DNA of 64,000 nucleotides, from assembly GCA_965153355.1 (NCBI GenBank), contig OZ231126.1, positions 39,432,001 to 39,496,000 on the forward strand. The letters are read 5' to 3'. Shown piece by piece: positions 1 to 14,147 of the stretch (positions are counted from its first letter, which is position 1; each line of letters opens with the position of its first letter). The notes under the pieces were generated by a model, which made no database searches, was not told the DNA's origin, and was given only the letters and a program-made list of their open reading frames with translations. This DNA is from Flaccisagitta enflata (taxonomy: Eukaryota). The position numbers and the translations under genes are program-made.

Positions 1-1272
1 GCACGCGACTGTAGGGTGTTGGCCTTGTTTCAATTTCATCTTTACATTCATGATTCGATATGTGAAAACGAATATGCTCAACTTTTTCATGTTCATCTTT
101 TATTGAACTAATGAAAACATTTCGCTGTTTTTTTTTTTACTTGGTTATTTCGCCTCGGAGCTCGTTTAATTTTCCATCCAGTATTTCGCAAACTTTTAAT
201 ACGTAGTGTTGTTATAACACGTTTGCTGTCAGATGCCCTTCAACCTATTACAGATTGATTGCTCTCACAATATTCTTAATTGTACAAGCAATCTAAAACA
301 TGTTAAGCCAGCCATTCTAGTCCGTTCGTCCTCCGATTAGGCCATAACTCCGTTTCTTAACGTTTGTAACGTCACTGCATGTATGCTTATTTCTAAAGCC
401 TGTTTGATCACTGGCTCTGCCCACTCAAATTGGACTTCGGTAGTCCCCTTTAAATCTTTTTTTCAGCTCACCGCTCCTGCCCGAATGCCCTTGTGACTTT
501 CTCCGTCACTGCCCCTGCCCACCGCCTAAGGTAGCCATGTATCCGGCCTTGTTGATAGTCTCCGTTGTTAAATCTAAGCCGCAAACTTCTTTCATCCATT
601 TCTTTTTGTTTCTGCGAATGAAAAGAGGAAACCTCACTTTTATTTCGCGGAATTAAAAGACGGCAATTTTGGAAAAAAAAAACAAGGCCGTATACACAGC
701 AGCATTAGTCGCGGACGGGTTGGCAGGAGCGGAAAACCTCGAAAAGTGACTTTATAACGGACGGACCGACAGAGCGACCGACGGACCGATAAAGTGGCTT
801 ATAGAGTCGAGTGTCCACGACTAAAAAAAGAAAAGAATTGGAACCTCAACCAGCAATACCAAGGCTCTCTGTGTCAACACGTCATGAAACCATTCTTGTC
901 TATCTGTTTACCTGCAGTCTGTCATGTTAGTCTGCCTGACTGCCAGGCTTCATCAGACCAGTCCCTTCTTCGGTCTGTTGGTCAATCCCGCCTGTCTTTA
1001 GTCGGGTGCACGCGACTCTATGACTCACTCTGTCCGTCTGTCGGTCCGTCCGTTGGTTGGTCCATCAGTCAGTCTGTCACTTTTAGTTTTTTTTTTTGCA
1101 ATTTTACGTCGTAAGTCATTTCAAGTCAGTTCAATTTTACATTTTGTTTTTTAGTCTTGAAGACGCGACAGAGAGGTGTTGGCCTTGTTGGTTTTCTCAT
1201 TTCAAGTCATTATAATTTTACATTTTGTCTTTTAGTCTTGAAGACGCGACAGAGAGGTGTTGGCCTTGTTGG

Positions 1273-1307
<35 letters not shown>

Positions 1308-1411
1308 TTACACTAAAAATGACTTAGCAACATATAGTTTCAATCTTCTTATCATTTTTTCTGTTTTCCCACTTCAATGACCACTGCCCCTCCTCGATAT
1401 GAAATAGTCTG

Positions 1412-1461
<50 letters not shown>

Positions 1462-2471
1462 CTCATCAATTTGCTCCCTCAGATTTTTCAGCTTGGCTCG
1501 GCAGTTACTCACAGGAGTGTTGGTCTGAGCGGTCTGAACTTTTCCTTCTTCCCAGTTTTTCGTTCTTTCTAATATTTTTCGACTCTGGGATCGGATTTTT
1601 GTTTGTTTATTTATTTTGCCGGCTATCTCTAAGCGGAACGAATATTACTACAAAAAGTTGGATTTCCACGCTTTCCTTATCGTGATTTTAAAGTTATACA
1701 CATTGCTCACAATCTCTAAAGTCATGCGGAGTTATCCTACTAACTAGGTGTACGCTAAAGATAGCTCAGATTGCTTTTCTAGTTGAATATTATAATTATA
1801 CTATAATTAACTACATATCCAACTTTTTTTCCCTAAGATTTTTTTTATCATTAATTTGATTTTCTCTTTCTGATCCCCCTGTTCCCCATCAAATTGGGGG
1901 TGAAGCGTGGCCGTAGGGGGAGAAGACTAAGATTTGCAGGGGAGAGAACAACATCAGATATGGCGTGAAAACAACAGCTTTTTTGGAAGGCTTCATCTTC
2001 TTCACTGCTGTTGTGACTGACTCCTTCCTTCTGCCAATTGAAAACTTTTTCGATCACGAAAGACCGAAAAAAAAGATCAACCGAAAAAAAGTCTTCAAAT
2101 GTGAGAGGAGAAACACACACACGCTAAAAAAGAAGAAGAAATATAGATATATTCAAGTTGAAAAAAATCGACAACCACACATGCAATTAAAAGTAATCAA
2201 GCATTGCCCAAATAGATCAAATCTCGACTTGAACACGCTTAACACACGCCATTTATGATAGAAAAAAAAAAACGGAACGAAAACGAAAAAGAAAAAAAAG
2301 AGCAAAGTAAGAAAAAGCATAATATTGAAAATTCAAAGAACACAGAGTAAGTGAAATAAGCAAATACTGCATACAGCTTTTACCAAAGAAAGAAAAATAC
2401 CTTAAACTGAATGCGACGAACATAAAGAGGAGAATAAAAAAGTAAAAAAAAAGAGCATCCAGCAAAGAAAA

Positions 2472-2557
2472 ATGGCTGTGGAAAATCAACACACCGCGAT
2501 TGATTTCTCTCGAAGACAACTTTTCGTCCACCGGAGAAACTTAATTCACGTGTGCAG
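2472..2557 (+). CDS. RUNDC3: RUN domain-containing protein 3 (RUNDC3/RPIP8-like), coding exon 1
   Basis: ATG at 2472 gives MAVENQHTAIDFSRRQLFVHRRNLIHVC-R, matching the RUNDC3 N-terminal ERKNLITVCR motif; phase-2 donor AG|GTCCAT joins in frame to 14657. Confidence 0.8.
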
Positions 2558-3136
2558 GTCCATTTGACGTGAAACACAATTGCACAAGAAAAGCCAGACA
2601 GACAGAGCAAAGCTGAGTGACTGGTTATCGTACTTATTTGCAGGTTGCACGTTGCTGGTTGTAAGTTGCGCCAAAGAACCTCTCTAACTGGCTGACAGTG
2701 GCTGTGTCCGTCGGTCGGTCAGTTGCTCGGTCGGTCGGTCGGTCGGTTACGCAAACCTGTGACGATCGACGCGGCGCACCTACTTGGCCTACTTGGCATG
2801 ACCTTGTTCATATGTCCAAATGGATCGGGTCTCGCATTGTCATCTCAATACACAGACGGACAGACAAACTCACTGGTCTGGTGAAAGGTTGAACCAACGC
2901 TGCACTGACCACATATAGTCCCTGTCCTCCTCAAGTCGTCTTGTTGATAGAGAGATGGATCTTTCAGGAAACTGATCAGTAATGAAGCCCTGTTAGTTGA
3001 GTGACAGACTAAGACAGACAGACACAGACCCAGTAAAACAGACAGATCGATCCTTGAACAAGTAGCTCAGCGCTAATTTTGCGGAATCTGGAGTGATCTC
3101 TCAAAATCAATGTGGTTTCTGGTTCGTTAGAGAGAA

Positions 3137-3216
<80 letters not shown>

Positions 3217-5157
3217 AGCAGTTCATTTTGGTGTGACTAACTGCTCAGTCATCCTGAAACTACGACTTATCATTACATCAGAGAAGCAGAAGAGAGTCAG
3301 ACGTAGAAGAAGATCACGAACAGTCGAACAAAAATAACTGTTCGTTTTGGACAAAAAATGAGACGATTACAACTAGACTGCTAGGACTTGTTTTCCAAAA
3401 CATGTTAAAATGTATTCAAAATTGACCATTTTGGGCAGCAGCCTAAAAAAGTCCGATAGGCACACCGTTGGAAGATGAAAGGGCCGCTCAGTCGAGCTGG
3501 CCAACACCCTGACAAACTGCTAAATCATATAGATGAACAAGGCCAAGTAAGCCAATAGGTGCGACATGTAGATCGTCGAACGAATGCGTTACCGACCAAC
3601 CAACCGACCGACGGACACAACCAGTTAAAGAGGCGCTTTGTCGCACCTAAAAAGGTAGACTGACTTGGTGATCCTTCTGTCGATTTGGAGATGGACCATC
3701 AGGCCGCTCAAAAAAGCAGATAAACTAGGTATAGGGTATAATTTTTCAAAATTTATGTCAGTGATCATTCATGGTTTTTTTTCACTCGAATGTGTCTCTG
3801 GGGTGAGGTTTTAGGAGGTTTCAGACATTTTTGGCCAAAAAAAATCAAATTAACCCCGCTAATTTTATGATTTTTTTAATGGAAAAATTAGCGAGATTTT
3901 TGGCAGCTGCGTTTTGCGTAGTTGGTCCCTTGCAATGTGGTCAAAAATGGTCAAAAGTGCTTAAAAATTGCTAGGCACCTATAATATACATTGTATTTAC
4001 TCACAAAAAAAACAAAAAGCCGATTATGTTACCTTTGCATGAGTGGATAGGCGCTTGGAAGAGTCACTCAAAAATGATAATTAGGATCAAATCCTAAACG
4101 AATGATTCACGTCTGTTTCAAGCTATCAAGAGTTAACTATCAATAAAATCTCCAGCTCTTGGCTCCATTTACAACAAAGCTAGGTTAAATTCTCAATTGT
4201 GGATGCTGCAGCAGGTCGACAAGTGCATCCTAAAAGCCCTATTCTCAAATCCATAAGCGAAATTGAAATGACCAATAGAATTTCCCAATTTTTACTCCAG
4301 TAGCCTTATTTACACCAGAAATAGGTAAAATTCTCACATGTCGACATCATGTATGCTGCACCAGGTCATCAAGTGCATCATAGAAGGGCTTATCAGAAAT
4401 CCATTATTGAAGCTGTTGGCTGTGCACAATCAATAAAATCTCATATGACAAAACTAAGTAAAATTCTCACTTGACGACCTGCTGCAGCATACCTGATGTC
4501 AAGAACTGCATCATTGAGAGGTAGATCCAGAAATCCATTGTCTAAGCTTTGAGAGACAATCTCATAGAAAGATACTTTTAAGACGCAGTGAACCGGATGA
4601 AGAAATTTCTTGCGTCATTATATTTTTTCAAATATCTTTTATATCATTTGTCTATGTCTTTATTATTTAAGAAAATATTCTTAAAGTGTCAAATAATAAA
4701 ATTTTGCATATACAATCTCTAAAATACAGATTTCATGTATATAATGTATTCAAAAAAGGTAGAAAAAAGGTTTTTTGTAGAAAATAATATTTTGTTATTT
4801 TCGATTCTCTTAAGTGAAATTATATTGTAGTTTAGGAATAAAGAAATTTGCATCTCCAAAAACATGGCATTTTTTTTAAACATATAAGAAAAGGGCCATA
4901 TTCTTAAAAATGCAAAATTTTCCTTACAGAGGAAGTGTTATGATTTCACCTAACAACTTTTTGAAATTTTGTTCACTATTTTTCTAAGGAATTCATACAT
5001 TCAATTCTTTTTTACAATTGTTATGAATCCAATATCAACATTCTGAGTTAGTTGAAATACCTTATACATTATATCAAAAATATATAGCGAAAACCCGAAT
5101 AACATTTTTTGATAATAGATACATATCAAAGAGAATAGTCGCAAAAGCGTTAGATGG

Positions 5158-5590
5158 TCAGCGGTACCCTGCTCTGCCTAAGTAGGTAGTGGTTGAAGTT
5201 GAGGGGGGAGCAGGGCAGCGGCCCCAAAGGGGTCGATGACCTACGCTTTCACACATATGTGGGATTTTCTCCTCTCCTCCTCCTCCTCCTTCTCTGTCCC
5301 CCCCCTCAAATCCCAGTCTCGAGGCCCAAATTTTGGTCTCGCGGCCCAAATCCCAGTCTTGAGGCCCAAATCCCAGCCTAAAGGCCCAAATCCTAGCCTG
5401 GAGGCTGAGATTTGGGCCACAAGGCTGGGATCTGGGCCTCATGGCTGAGATTTTGACCTTGAGGCTGAGATTTGAGCTTCAAGACTGAAATCTGGGCCTC
5501 CAGGCAAGGATTTGGGCCTTGAGACTAGGATTTGGGCCTTGAGAAAATCCCCCGTATGTGTGAAAGCATAGGTCATCGACCCCTTTCAAA
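5158..5590. repeat. Palindromic interspersed repeat with internal ~21-bp units
   Basis: AAGGGGTCGATGACCTA-GCTTTCACACAT (~5228) is inverted at ~5557-5586; GAGGCCCAAATCCCAG units switch orientation near 5400. Confidence 0.65.
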
Positions 5591-6629
5591 ACCAAAATCT
5601 CCTGTTCCTGTTCACCATGACTGAAGGAGATGCACATGTGCGTTTTATATGGTACAGACAAATTGACGGACAAAGCCTACTACCGAGTTGCTAGTCAACG
5701 ACTATAGATGAAAGAAAAAAAAATGAAAGAAGCAACTTGGAAACTCTTCCGATTCTCTTTTGTTCAATTTCATTTGTTTTTTTTTTCGTGAAGTAATTCA
5801 TTTCAATCATATGAAGACAATTACCCAATTATCATAATAATGAATTAATTTTGAACACCAAAAAGAATAAAACGGCGCAAATCACAGTTGTTTATAATTG
5901 AATATATGATATATATAATGTGTATAGAAATATAAAAAGCACATATATGTATAGCACATGGTATGTACAGCATATATAAATAAAGCAATTTGTCTACGTG
6001 TCAAGGCCGTATACACTCTCCCTCAGTCACGGACGGGTGGGTGGGGGCAATCGATCGCAATTCAAAAATGTGACCAACCAACTGACCAACCAACCAACCA
6101 ACACGGCAAGTTCTAGACTTGCGGGTCGGCGACTAAAAATGCATGCACGATCGATTCTTATATTTGTGCGCGGCCAAGTTGCACTTGCGTTCCTGAAAAC
6201 ATTGCCAAAGAAAACAGCGAAAAAACGCGCTTTTATAGTCTTCTTTAAACATCTCCTGGGGTCGTTTGAGGCGGATTTCATGGTTGGGCAAGGTCTCATT
6301 CGAAAGAAAAAACAAAACTGCGTCTAACGATCCCTGATACAAAAATGGTCATAGTCCCATATCGCCGCAACAAGTCAGAGAAGAAAAGGAAATGGGAAAA
6401 CAGAATCTTATCCTCATCGTAGCGACTTGAAACTTACCTCAGTCGAAAGCTCACGCTCTCAGCTTTCAGATTCATGTTTTTCTTAAGTAATATTAAGATT
6501 TTTGACTGATTTACGGGCTGTCAAAGTGAAGTAACAAAATGGTCTCATTCCGTTTTCCAGTGCGCTAGAGGATCTTTCGCCCAGCGATCAAATAGACATT
6601 AAGTCTAGATAAACATATGAAAATTGGAC

Positions 6630-6738
6630 AACATATGTAACATATGTAACATATGTAACATATGTAACATATGTAACATATGTAACATATGTAACATATG
6701 TAACATATGTAACATATGTAACATATTACATATGTAAC
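6630..6738. repeat. 9-bp tandem repeat (ACATATGTA)n
   Basis: About 12 consecutive units visible. Confidence 0.95.
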
Positions 6739-7027
6739 AGACTGACCAACAGGCTGATCAACTATGTAGCCAACAGACCCTGTCCGGGTTTTCCCTATTG
6801 GGAATTGGCCGATAAAGAAATTAAAGAAATAGTTTGGGTAAAATAATTCTCATCCAACATCGATTAGTTTTGGCCCTAATTCAATTAATATTATTGCTGC
6901 AGTTCATTTTCATTTATTGAGTTTAGAGTAAGAGAAATTGATGAAGCAGGAGGAGGAGGATGATGAGGAGGAGGACGAGGAAGGAGAGCAGGATGAGAAA
7001 TTGATCAAGGCGAATCTAAGCCGTTAC

Positions 7028-8655
7028 ATGCATATCCTCAGCTAGCTGCGTTATTTCTTGTAAGAAAAAAAAAATCGTTGAGGGTGGCAAAAAAAAAGTG
7101 ATTTCTATGTAAAATTGCATCAGGAATCCATTTTTGATGTTTTTAGGGCCCTACGAGGGGGCCCCTAGAAACGCACCAAAAAAAACAGCCAAAAATAGCC
7201 TATTTTGGCTGTTTTTGTTGAAAATTTTTTGCTTAATGAGACCCCAACCCCCAACTTTTTTTAGTGGACATACTTCTTGATGTAAGAGACTGAAAGAAAA
7301 ATGATCATGATGGTAAGTGATAGTTGGGGTACCTAAAAAGGCCCAAAAAGGGTCCGTAAAACATAGAAAAATCACTTTTTTATTCATTGCGCGTCTAAAA
7401 ATGCTTGGATTCCTACAAAATTTGAAATGGAACTTCTCATATTATGCAACAAGCTTCCTGTAAAGTTTTGTGGCCACTTTTGAACAGCTTCATGTTGAAA
7501 TCATGCTCCAAAAGACAAAATTCGACCAAAGAAAAACAATTTTTGAGTTTTTTTACATGAAAACTCTATTTCAAGGTCCCTGAATCCCACTTTTTTTTTG
7601 AAAATGGTTAGTCATGCATCTTGAGAGATCCCAGAAAAAATTTCAGCAGATATTTCCAAAAAATGGCCAAGTTATTACGGTTCAAAATGACCTGGTAAAT
7701 GAAAAAAAACACTATTTTGTAACTTCAAGGCTGTAGAACTGAAAAATTATACTAAAAGTACCTGGAAAATAGACAAATTAAAAAGAAGATGCATGGGGAA
7801 TCCACTACTGGTGGTTAGGGGGCTCTACAAGGGGGCCCCTGGAAACACACCCCAAGAAAAAGCTAAAAATGGCCTATTATGGCTATTTTTTGTAAAATTT
7901 TCTTGTTTTAAGAGACCCAATCCTTCCAAATGTTTTTGGGTTATACTTCTTGATGTAAGAGACTGCTGGAAAGAGAATCATGATGGTAGATGATGGTTGG
8001 GGTACCTAAAAAGGCCCAAAAGGGGCCCGTAAAACAAAGATATCATTTTTTAATCACTGCACGTCCAAAAATGCTGGGATTCCAAAAGAATTTGAAATGG
8101 AAATTCTCATTTTATTTAAAAAGCTTCCTAAAAAATTTTGAACAGCTTCATGGTAAAATTATGCTCAAAAAAACAAAATTCGCCCCAAAATAAGCCAACT
8201 TTTTAGTTTTCTCACATGTAGACACTATTTCAAGGTCCTGGAATCCATTTTTTGACGCGTGCACGCGACTCTACAACCTGCTTTGACCATCCCTCTGTCC
8301 GTCTGTTAGTCTGTTGGTCAAACATTATTCTTTTTATTACTTTTAGTTATTCTTAGTCATTTTAGGTCATTTTTAGTCATTCTAAGTCATTCTAAGTCAT
8401 TGTAAGTCATTTTGAGTCATTTTACATTATATTAAGTGACGGATGGAAAGACCAAGTTATACAGTTGGGTGCACTTCACTATCAACTTCCCGTTTTCAAC
8501 GTTTTAGGCGAGTTGTCTTTTCATCAACCAACAATAAACGACAGAAGCAGATTTATTGCCAAAACTTTTGTTTCAAGTCGAATTTTCTTTTTACGTATCA
8601 CCAGTCTCCTACTCCCCACTACCTCCCCCTTCTCTCTCTCTTTCTCTCTTTCTCT

Positions 8656-8716
<61 letters not shown>

Positions 8717-10436
8717 CTCACTGCCCTCTTTCCATTTTTATCCCTCCCCCTGTTGTGAGATTCCTTTGTGTCTGTATAGTTGTAACCCACTATATCAGAC
8801 CCAAGAGTAATGGTTTTAAGGGCCCTTTTTGGGCCCTCTCTGGTATCCCAAACATCACCTACTATCATGATTCTTTCTTTTTCAGTCTCTTTAGGTATTA
8901 CCGCCTAAAGATTTTTAAAGTTCAGATCTTAGGGGGTGTTTCTAGTCAGAGACAGTTGCGTTTTGAACGGGCCACTAGGTCGCTCGCTATGTTCATTCGT
9001 TCGCACAACTCACTCGCTCTGCAGCGCTTTGCAGCGCTCTGCAGCGCTCTGCTTCGCTACACTCGCTTTGCTTGTTTGCTCTGTTCACAGGCTCGCTCAC
9101 TTGCTTTGCTCACTCCCTCGTGGGACAGTGGAAATTCTTGAGTATGTGTTCCCGCTGTTATTGCATTTCACGGGTTCATACGCGTTTTTCATTTTCACTA
9201 GAAACACGCCCTTATTAAGGAAAAATTAAAAAAAAAAACCAAAATGCGCAATTTTAGCCTCTTTTTTTGGGTGCATTTCTAGGGGCCCCCTTGTAGAGCC
9301 CCCAAATCATCAGTAATGGATTTCCCATGCATTTTTAGATAAATTTTACTGTTTCCCAGGAACTTTTAGTTTAATCTTTCATTCTTACAGCTTTGAAAAT
9401 ACTTGTTTTTTTTCATTTACCAGGACATTTTTAACTGGAATGACTATGTCATTTTTTTAAAACATATGCTGAAATTTTTTCTGGGGCCTCTTTATATACA
9501 TGAGTAACCATTTACGGAAAAAAAAAATTTAATTACCTTGAAATAGTGTCTACATGTGAGAAAACTCAAAAGTTGGCTTATTTTGGGGCGAATTTTGTTT
9601 GAGCATAATTTTACCATGAAGCTGTTAAAAAAATTTTGCAGGAAGCCATTTACATGAAATGAGAATTTCCATTTCAAATTTTTTAGGAATCCAAGCATTT
9701 TTGGACGCGCAGTGAATAAAAAATGATATCGTTATGTTTTACGGGCCCTTATTGGGCCTTTTTAGGTACCCCAACCATCACCTACCATCATGATTCTCTT
9801 TCCATCAGTCTCTTACATCAAGAAGTATAGCCCCAGTCTTACATCAAGAAGTATAGCCCAAAAATTTGGAAGGATTGGGTCTCTTTAAACAAGAAATTTT
9901 TAAAAAATATCCAAATAGGTCATTTTTAGCTTTTTTAAAGTTTAAGGGGCCCCCTTGTAGAGCCCCCAAACCACCAGTAATGGATTCCCATGCATTTTCT
10001 TTTTAATATGTCCATTTTCCAGGTACTTTTAGTATATTTCAGTTCTACAGCCTTGAAGTTAAATTGTGTTTTTTAATAGGTCATTTTGAACCGTAATAAC
10101 TCGGCCATTTTTTGGAAATATCTGCTGAAATTTTTTCTGGGATCTCTCAAGATGCATGACTAACCATTTCCAAAAAAAAATTTGGATTCAGGTACCTTGA
10201 AATAGTGTTTTCATGTAAGAAAACTCAAAAATTGTTTTTTTTTTGGTCAAATTTTGGTTTTTTTAGCATAATTTCAGCATGAAGCTGTTCAAAAGTGGCC
10301 ACAAAACTTTGCAGGAAGCTTGTTGCATAAAATGAGAAGTTCCATTTCAAATTTTGTGGGAATCCAAGCATTTTTAGACGCGCAATGAATAAAAAAGTGA
10401 TATTTCTATGTTTTACGGGCCCTTTTTGGGCCTTTT
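7028..10436. mobile_element. Foldback-type non-autonomous DNA element, copy 1 (right end truncated)
   Basis: Begins ATGCATATCCTCAGCTAGC; arms built from ~650-bp subunits in inverted orientation; near-identical to 10444-13850. Confidence 0.8.
8932..9211. mobile_element. PIF/Harbinger (Tourist-like) MITE nested in the foldback
   Basis: TIRs GGGGGTGTTTCTAGT / ACTAGAAACACGCCC flanked by TTA on both sides. Confidence 0.8.
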
Positions 10437-10443
10437 CCGTTAC

Positions 10444-12038
10444 ATGCATATCCTCAGCTAGCTGCGTTATTTCTTGTAAGAAAAAAAAAATCGTTGAGGG
10501 TGGCAAAAAAAAAGTGATTTCTATGTAAAATTGCATCAGGAATCCATTTTTGATGTTTTTAGGGCCCTACGAGGGGGCCCCTAGAAACGCACCAAAAAAA
10601 ACAGCCAAAAATAGCCTATTTTGGCTGTTTTTGTTGAAAATTTTTTGCTTAATGAGACCCCAACCCCCAACTTTTTTTAGTGGACATACTTCTTGATGTA
10701 AGAGACTGAAAGAAAAATGATCATGATGGTAAGTGATAGTTGGGGTACCTAAAAAGGCCCAAAAAGGGTCCGTAAAACATAGAAAAATCACTTTTTTATT
10801 CATTGCGCGTCTAAAAATGTTGGATTCCTACAAAATTTGAAATGGAACTTCTCATATTATGCAACAAGCTTCCTGTAAAGTTTTGTGGCCACTTTTGAAC
10901 AGCTTCATGTTGAAATCATGCTCCAAAAGACAAAATTCGACCAAAGAAAAAACAATTTTTGAGTTTTCTTACATGAAAACACTATTTCAAGGTCCCTGAA
11001 TCCCAATTTTTTTTTGAAAATGGTTAGTCATGCATCTTGAGAGATCCCAGAAAAAATTTCAGCAGATATTTCCAAAAAATGGCCAAGTTATTACGGTTCA
11101 AAATGACCTGGTAAATGAAAAAAAAACACTATTTTGTAACTTCAAGGCTGTAGAACTGAAAAATTATACTAAAAGTACCTGGAAAATAGACAAATTAAAA
11201 AGAAGATGCATGGGGAATCCACTACTGGTGGTTAGGGGGCTCTACAAAGGCCCCTGGAAACACACCCTAAGAAAAAGCTAAAAATGGCCTATTATGGCTA
11301 TTTTTGTAAAATTTTCTTGTTTTAAGAGACCCAATCCTTCCAAATGTTTTTGGGTTATACTTCTTGATGTAAGAGTGATGGAAAGAGAATCATGATGGTA
11401 GAAGATGGTTGGGGTACCTAAAAAGGCCCAAAAGGGGCCCGTAAAACAAAGATATCATTTTTTAATCACTGCACGTCCAAAAATGCTGGGATTCCAAAAG
11501 AATTTGAAATGGAAATTCTCATTTTATTTAAAAAGCTTCCTAAAAAATTTTGAACAGCTTCGTGGTAAAATTATGCTCAAAAACAAAATTCGCCCCAAAA
11601 TAAGCCAACTTTTTAGTTTTCTCACATGTAGACACTATTTCAAGGTCATGGAATCCATTTTTGTCGCGTGCACGCGACTCTCTACAACCTGCTTTGACCA
11701 TCCCTCTGTCCGTCTGTTAGTCTGTTGGTCAAACATTATTCTTTTTATTACTTTTAGTTATTCTTAGTCATTTTAGGTCATTTTTAGTCATTCTAAGTCA
11801 TTCTAAGTCATTCTAAGTCATTTTGAGTTATTTTACATTATATTAAGTGACGGATGGAAAGACCAAGTTATACAGTTGGGTGCACTTCACTATCAACTTC
11901 CCGTTTTCAACGTTTTAGGCGAGTTGTCTTTTCATCAACCAACAATAAACGACAGAAGCAGATTTATTGCCAAAACTTTTGTTTCAAGTCGAATTTTCTT
12001 TTTACGTATCACCAGTCTCCTACTCCCCACTACCTCCC

Positions 12039-12123
<85 letters not shown>

Positions 12124-14147
12124 TCTCTATCCCTCCCCCTGTTGTGAGATTCCTTTGTGTCTGTATAGTTGTAACCCACTATATCAGACCCAAGAGTAAT
12201 TGTTTGTAGGGCCCTTTTTGGGCCCTCTCTGGTATCCCAAACATCACCTACTATCATGATTCTTTCTTTTTCAGTCTCTTTAGGTATTACCGCCTAAAGA
12301 TTTTTAAAGTTCAGATCTTAGGGGGTGTTTCTAGTCGGAGACAGTTGCGTTTTGAACGGGCCACTAGGTCGCTCGCTATGTTCATTCGTTCGCACAACTC
12401 ACTCGCTCTGCAGCGCTTTGCAGCGCTCTGCAGCGCTCTGCTTCGCTACACTCGCTTTGCTTGTTTGCTCTGTTCACAGGCTCGCTCACTTGCTTTGCTC
12501 ACTCCCTCGTGGGACAGTGGAAATTCTTGAGTATGTGTTCCCGCTGTTATTGCATTTCACGTTTTTCATTTTCACTAGAAACACGCCCTTATTAAGGAAA
12601 AATTAAAAAAAAAAACCAAAATGCGCAATTTTAGCCTCTTTTTTTGGGTGCATTTCTAGGGGCCCCCTTGTAGAGCCCCCAAATCATCAGTAATGGATTT
12701 CCCATGCATTTTTAGATAAATTTTACTGTTTCCCAGGAACTTTTAGTTTAATCTTTCATTCTTACAGCTTTGAAAATACTTGTTTTTTTTCATTTACCAG
12801 GACATTTTTAACTGGAATGACTATGTCATTTTTTTAAAACATATGCTGAAATTTTTTCTGGGGCCTCTTTATATACATGAGTAACCATTTACGAAAAAAA
12901 AAAATTTAATTACCTTGAAATAGTGTCTACATGTGAGAAAACTCAAAAGTTGGCTTATTTTGGGGCGAATTTTGTTTGAGCATAATTTTACCATGAAGCT
13001 GTTAAAAAGTGGCCAAAAAATTTTGCAGGAAGCTATTTACATGAAATGAGAATTTCCATTTCAAATTTTTTAGGAATCCAAGCATTTTGGACGCGCAGTG
13101 AATAAAAAAATGATATCTTTATGTTTTACGGGCCCTTTTTGGGCCTTTTTAGGTACCCCAACCATCACCTACCATCATGATTCTCTTTCCATCAGTCTCT
13201 TACATCAAGAAGTATAGCCCCAGTCTCTTACATCAAGAAGTATAGCCCCAAAAATTTGGAAGGATTGGGTCTCTTTAAACAAGAAATTTTTTAAAAAAAT
13301 ATCCAAAATAGGTCATTTTTAGCTTTTTTCGGGGGGGTGTTTCCAGGGGCCCCCTTGTAGAGCCCCCAAACCACCAGTAATGGATTCCCCATGCATTTTC
13401 TTTTTAATATGTCCATTTTCCAGGTACTTTTAGTATAATTTTTCAGTTCTACAGCCTTGAAGTTAAAAATTGTGTTTTTTTTCATTTACCAGGTCATTTT
13501 GAACCGTAATAACTTGGCCATTTTTTGGAAATATCTGCTGAAATTTTTTCTGGGATCTCTCAAGATGCATGACTAACCATTTCCAAAAAAAAATTTGGAT
13601 TCAGGTACCTTGAAATAGTGTTTTCATGTAAGAAAACTCAAAAATTGTTTTTTTTTTGGTCAAATTTTGGTTTTTTTAGCATAATTTCAGCATGAAGCTG
13701 TTCAAAAGTGGCCACAAAACTTTGCAGGAAGCTTGTTGCATAAAATGAGAAGTTCCATTTCAAATTTTGTGGGAATCCAAGCATTTTTAGACGCGCAATG
13801 AATAAAAAAGTGATATTTCTATGTTTTACGGGCCCTTTTTGGGCCTTTTTAGGTACCCCAACCATCACTTACCATCATGATCATTTTTTTTTCAGTCTCT
13901 TACATCAAGAAGTATTACCACCAAAAAAATTTGGGGGTTGGGATCTCATTAAGTAAAAAATTTTCAACAAAAATAGCCAAAATAGGCTATTTTTGGCTGT
14001 TTTTTTTGGTGCGTTTCTAGGGGCCCCCTCGTAGGGCCCTAAAAACATCAAAAATGGATTCCTGATGCAATTTTACATAGAAATCACTTTTTTTTGGCCA
14101 CCCTCAACGATTTTTTTTTTTTTTACATGCTAGCTGAGGATATGCAT
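10444..14147. mobile_element. Foldback-type non-autonomous DNA element, copy 2 (complete, ~3.7 kb)
   Basis: Termini ATGCATATCCTCAGCTAGC...GCTAGCTGAGGATATGCAT with >1-kb imperfect inverted arms; no transposase ORF. Confidence 0.85.
12321..12588. mobile_element. PIF/Harbinger-like MITE, duplicate copy
   Basis: Same TIRs and TTA flanks as 8932-9211, 12 nt shorter. Confidence 0.8.

Noticed and set aside
1513-1630. Minus-strand exon-like segment ending in a GTGAGT donor
   Set aside because: No recognisable product or partner exons in the window; could be a UTR exon of a divergent gene but unsupported.
7151-13868. Repeated short ORFs in the foldback elements as transposase
   Set aside because: Short, no DDE or HTH motifs; they repeat only because the DNA is duplicated.
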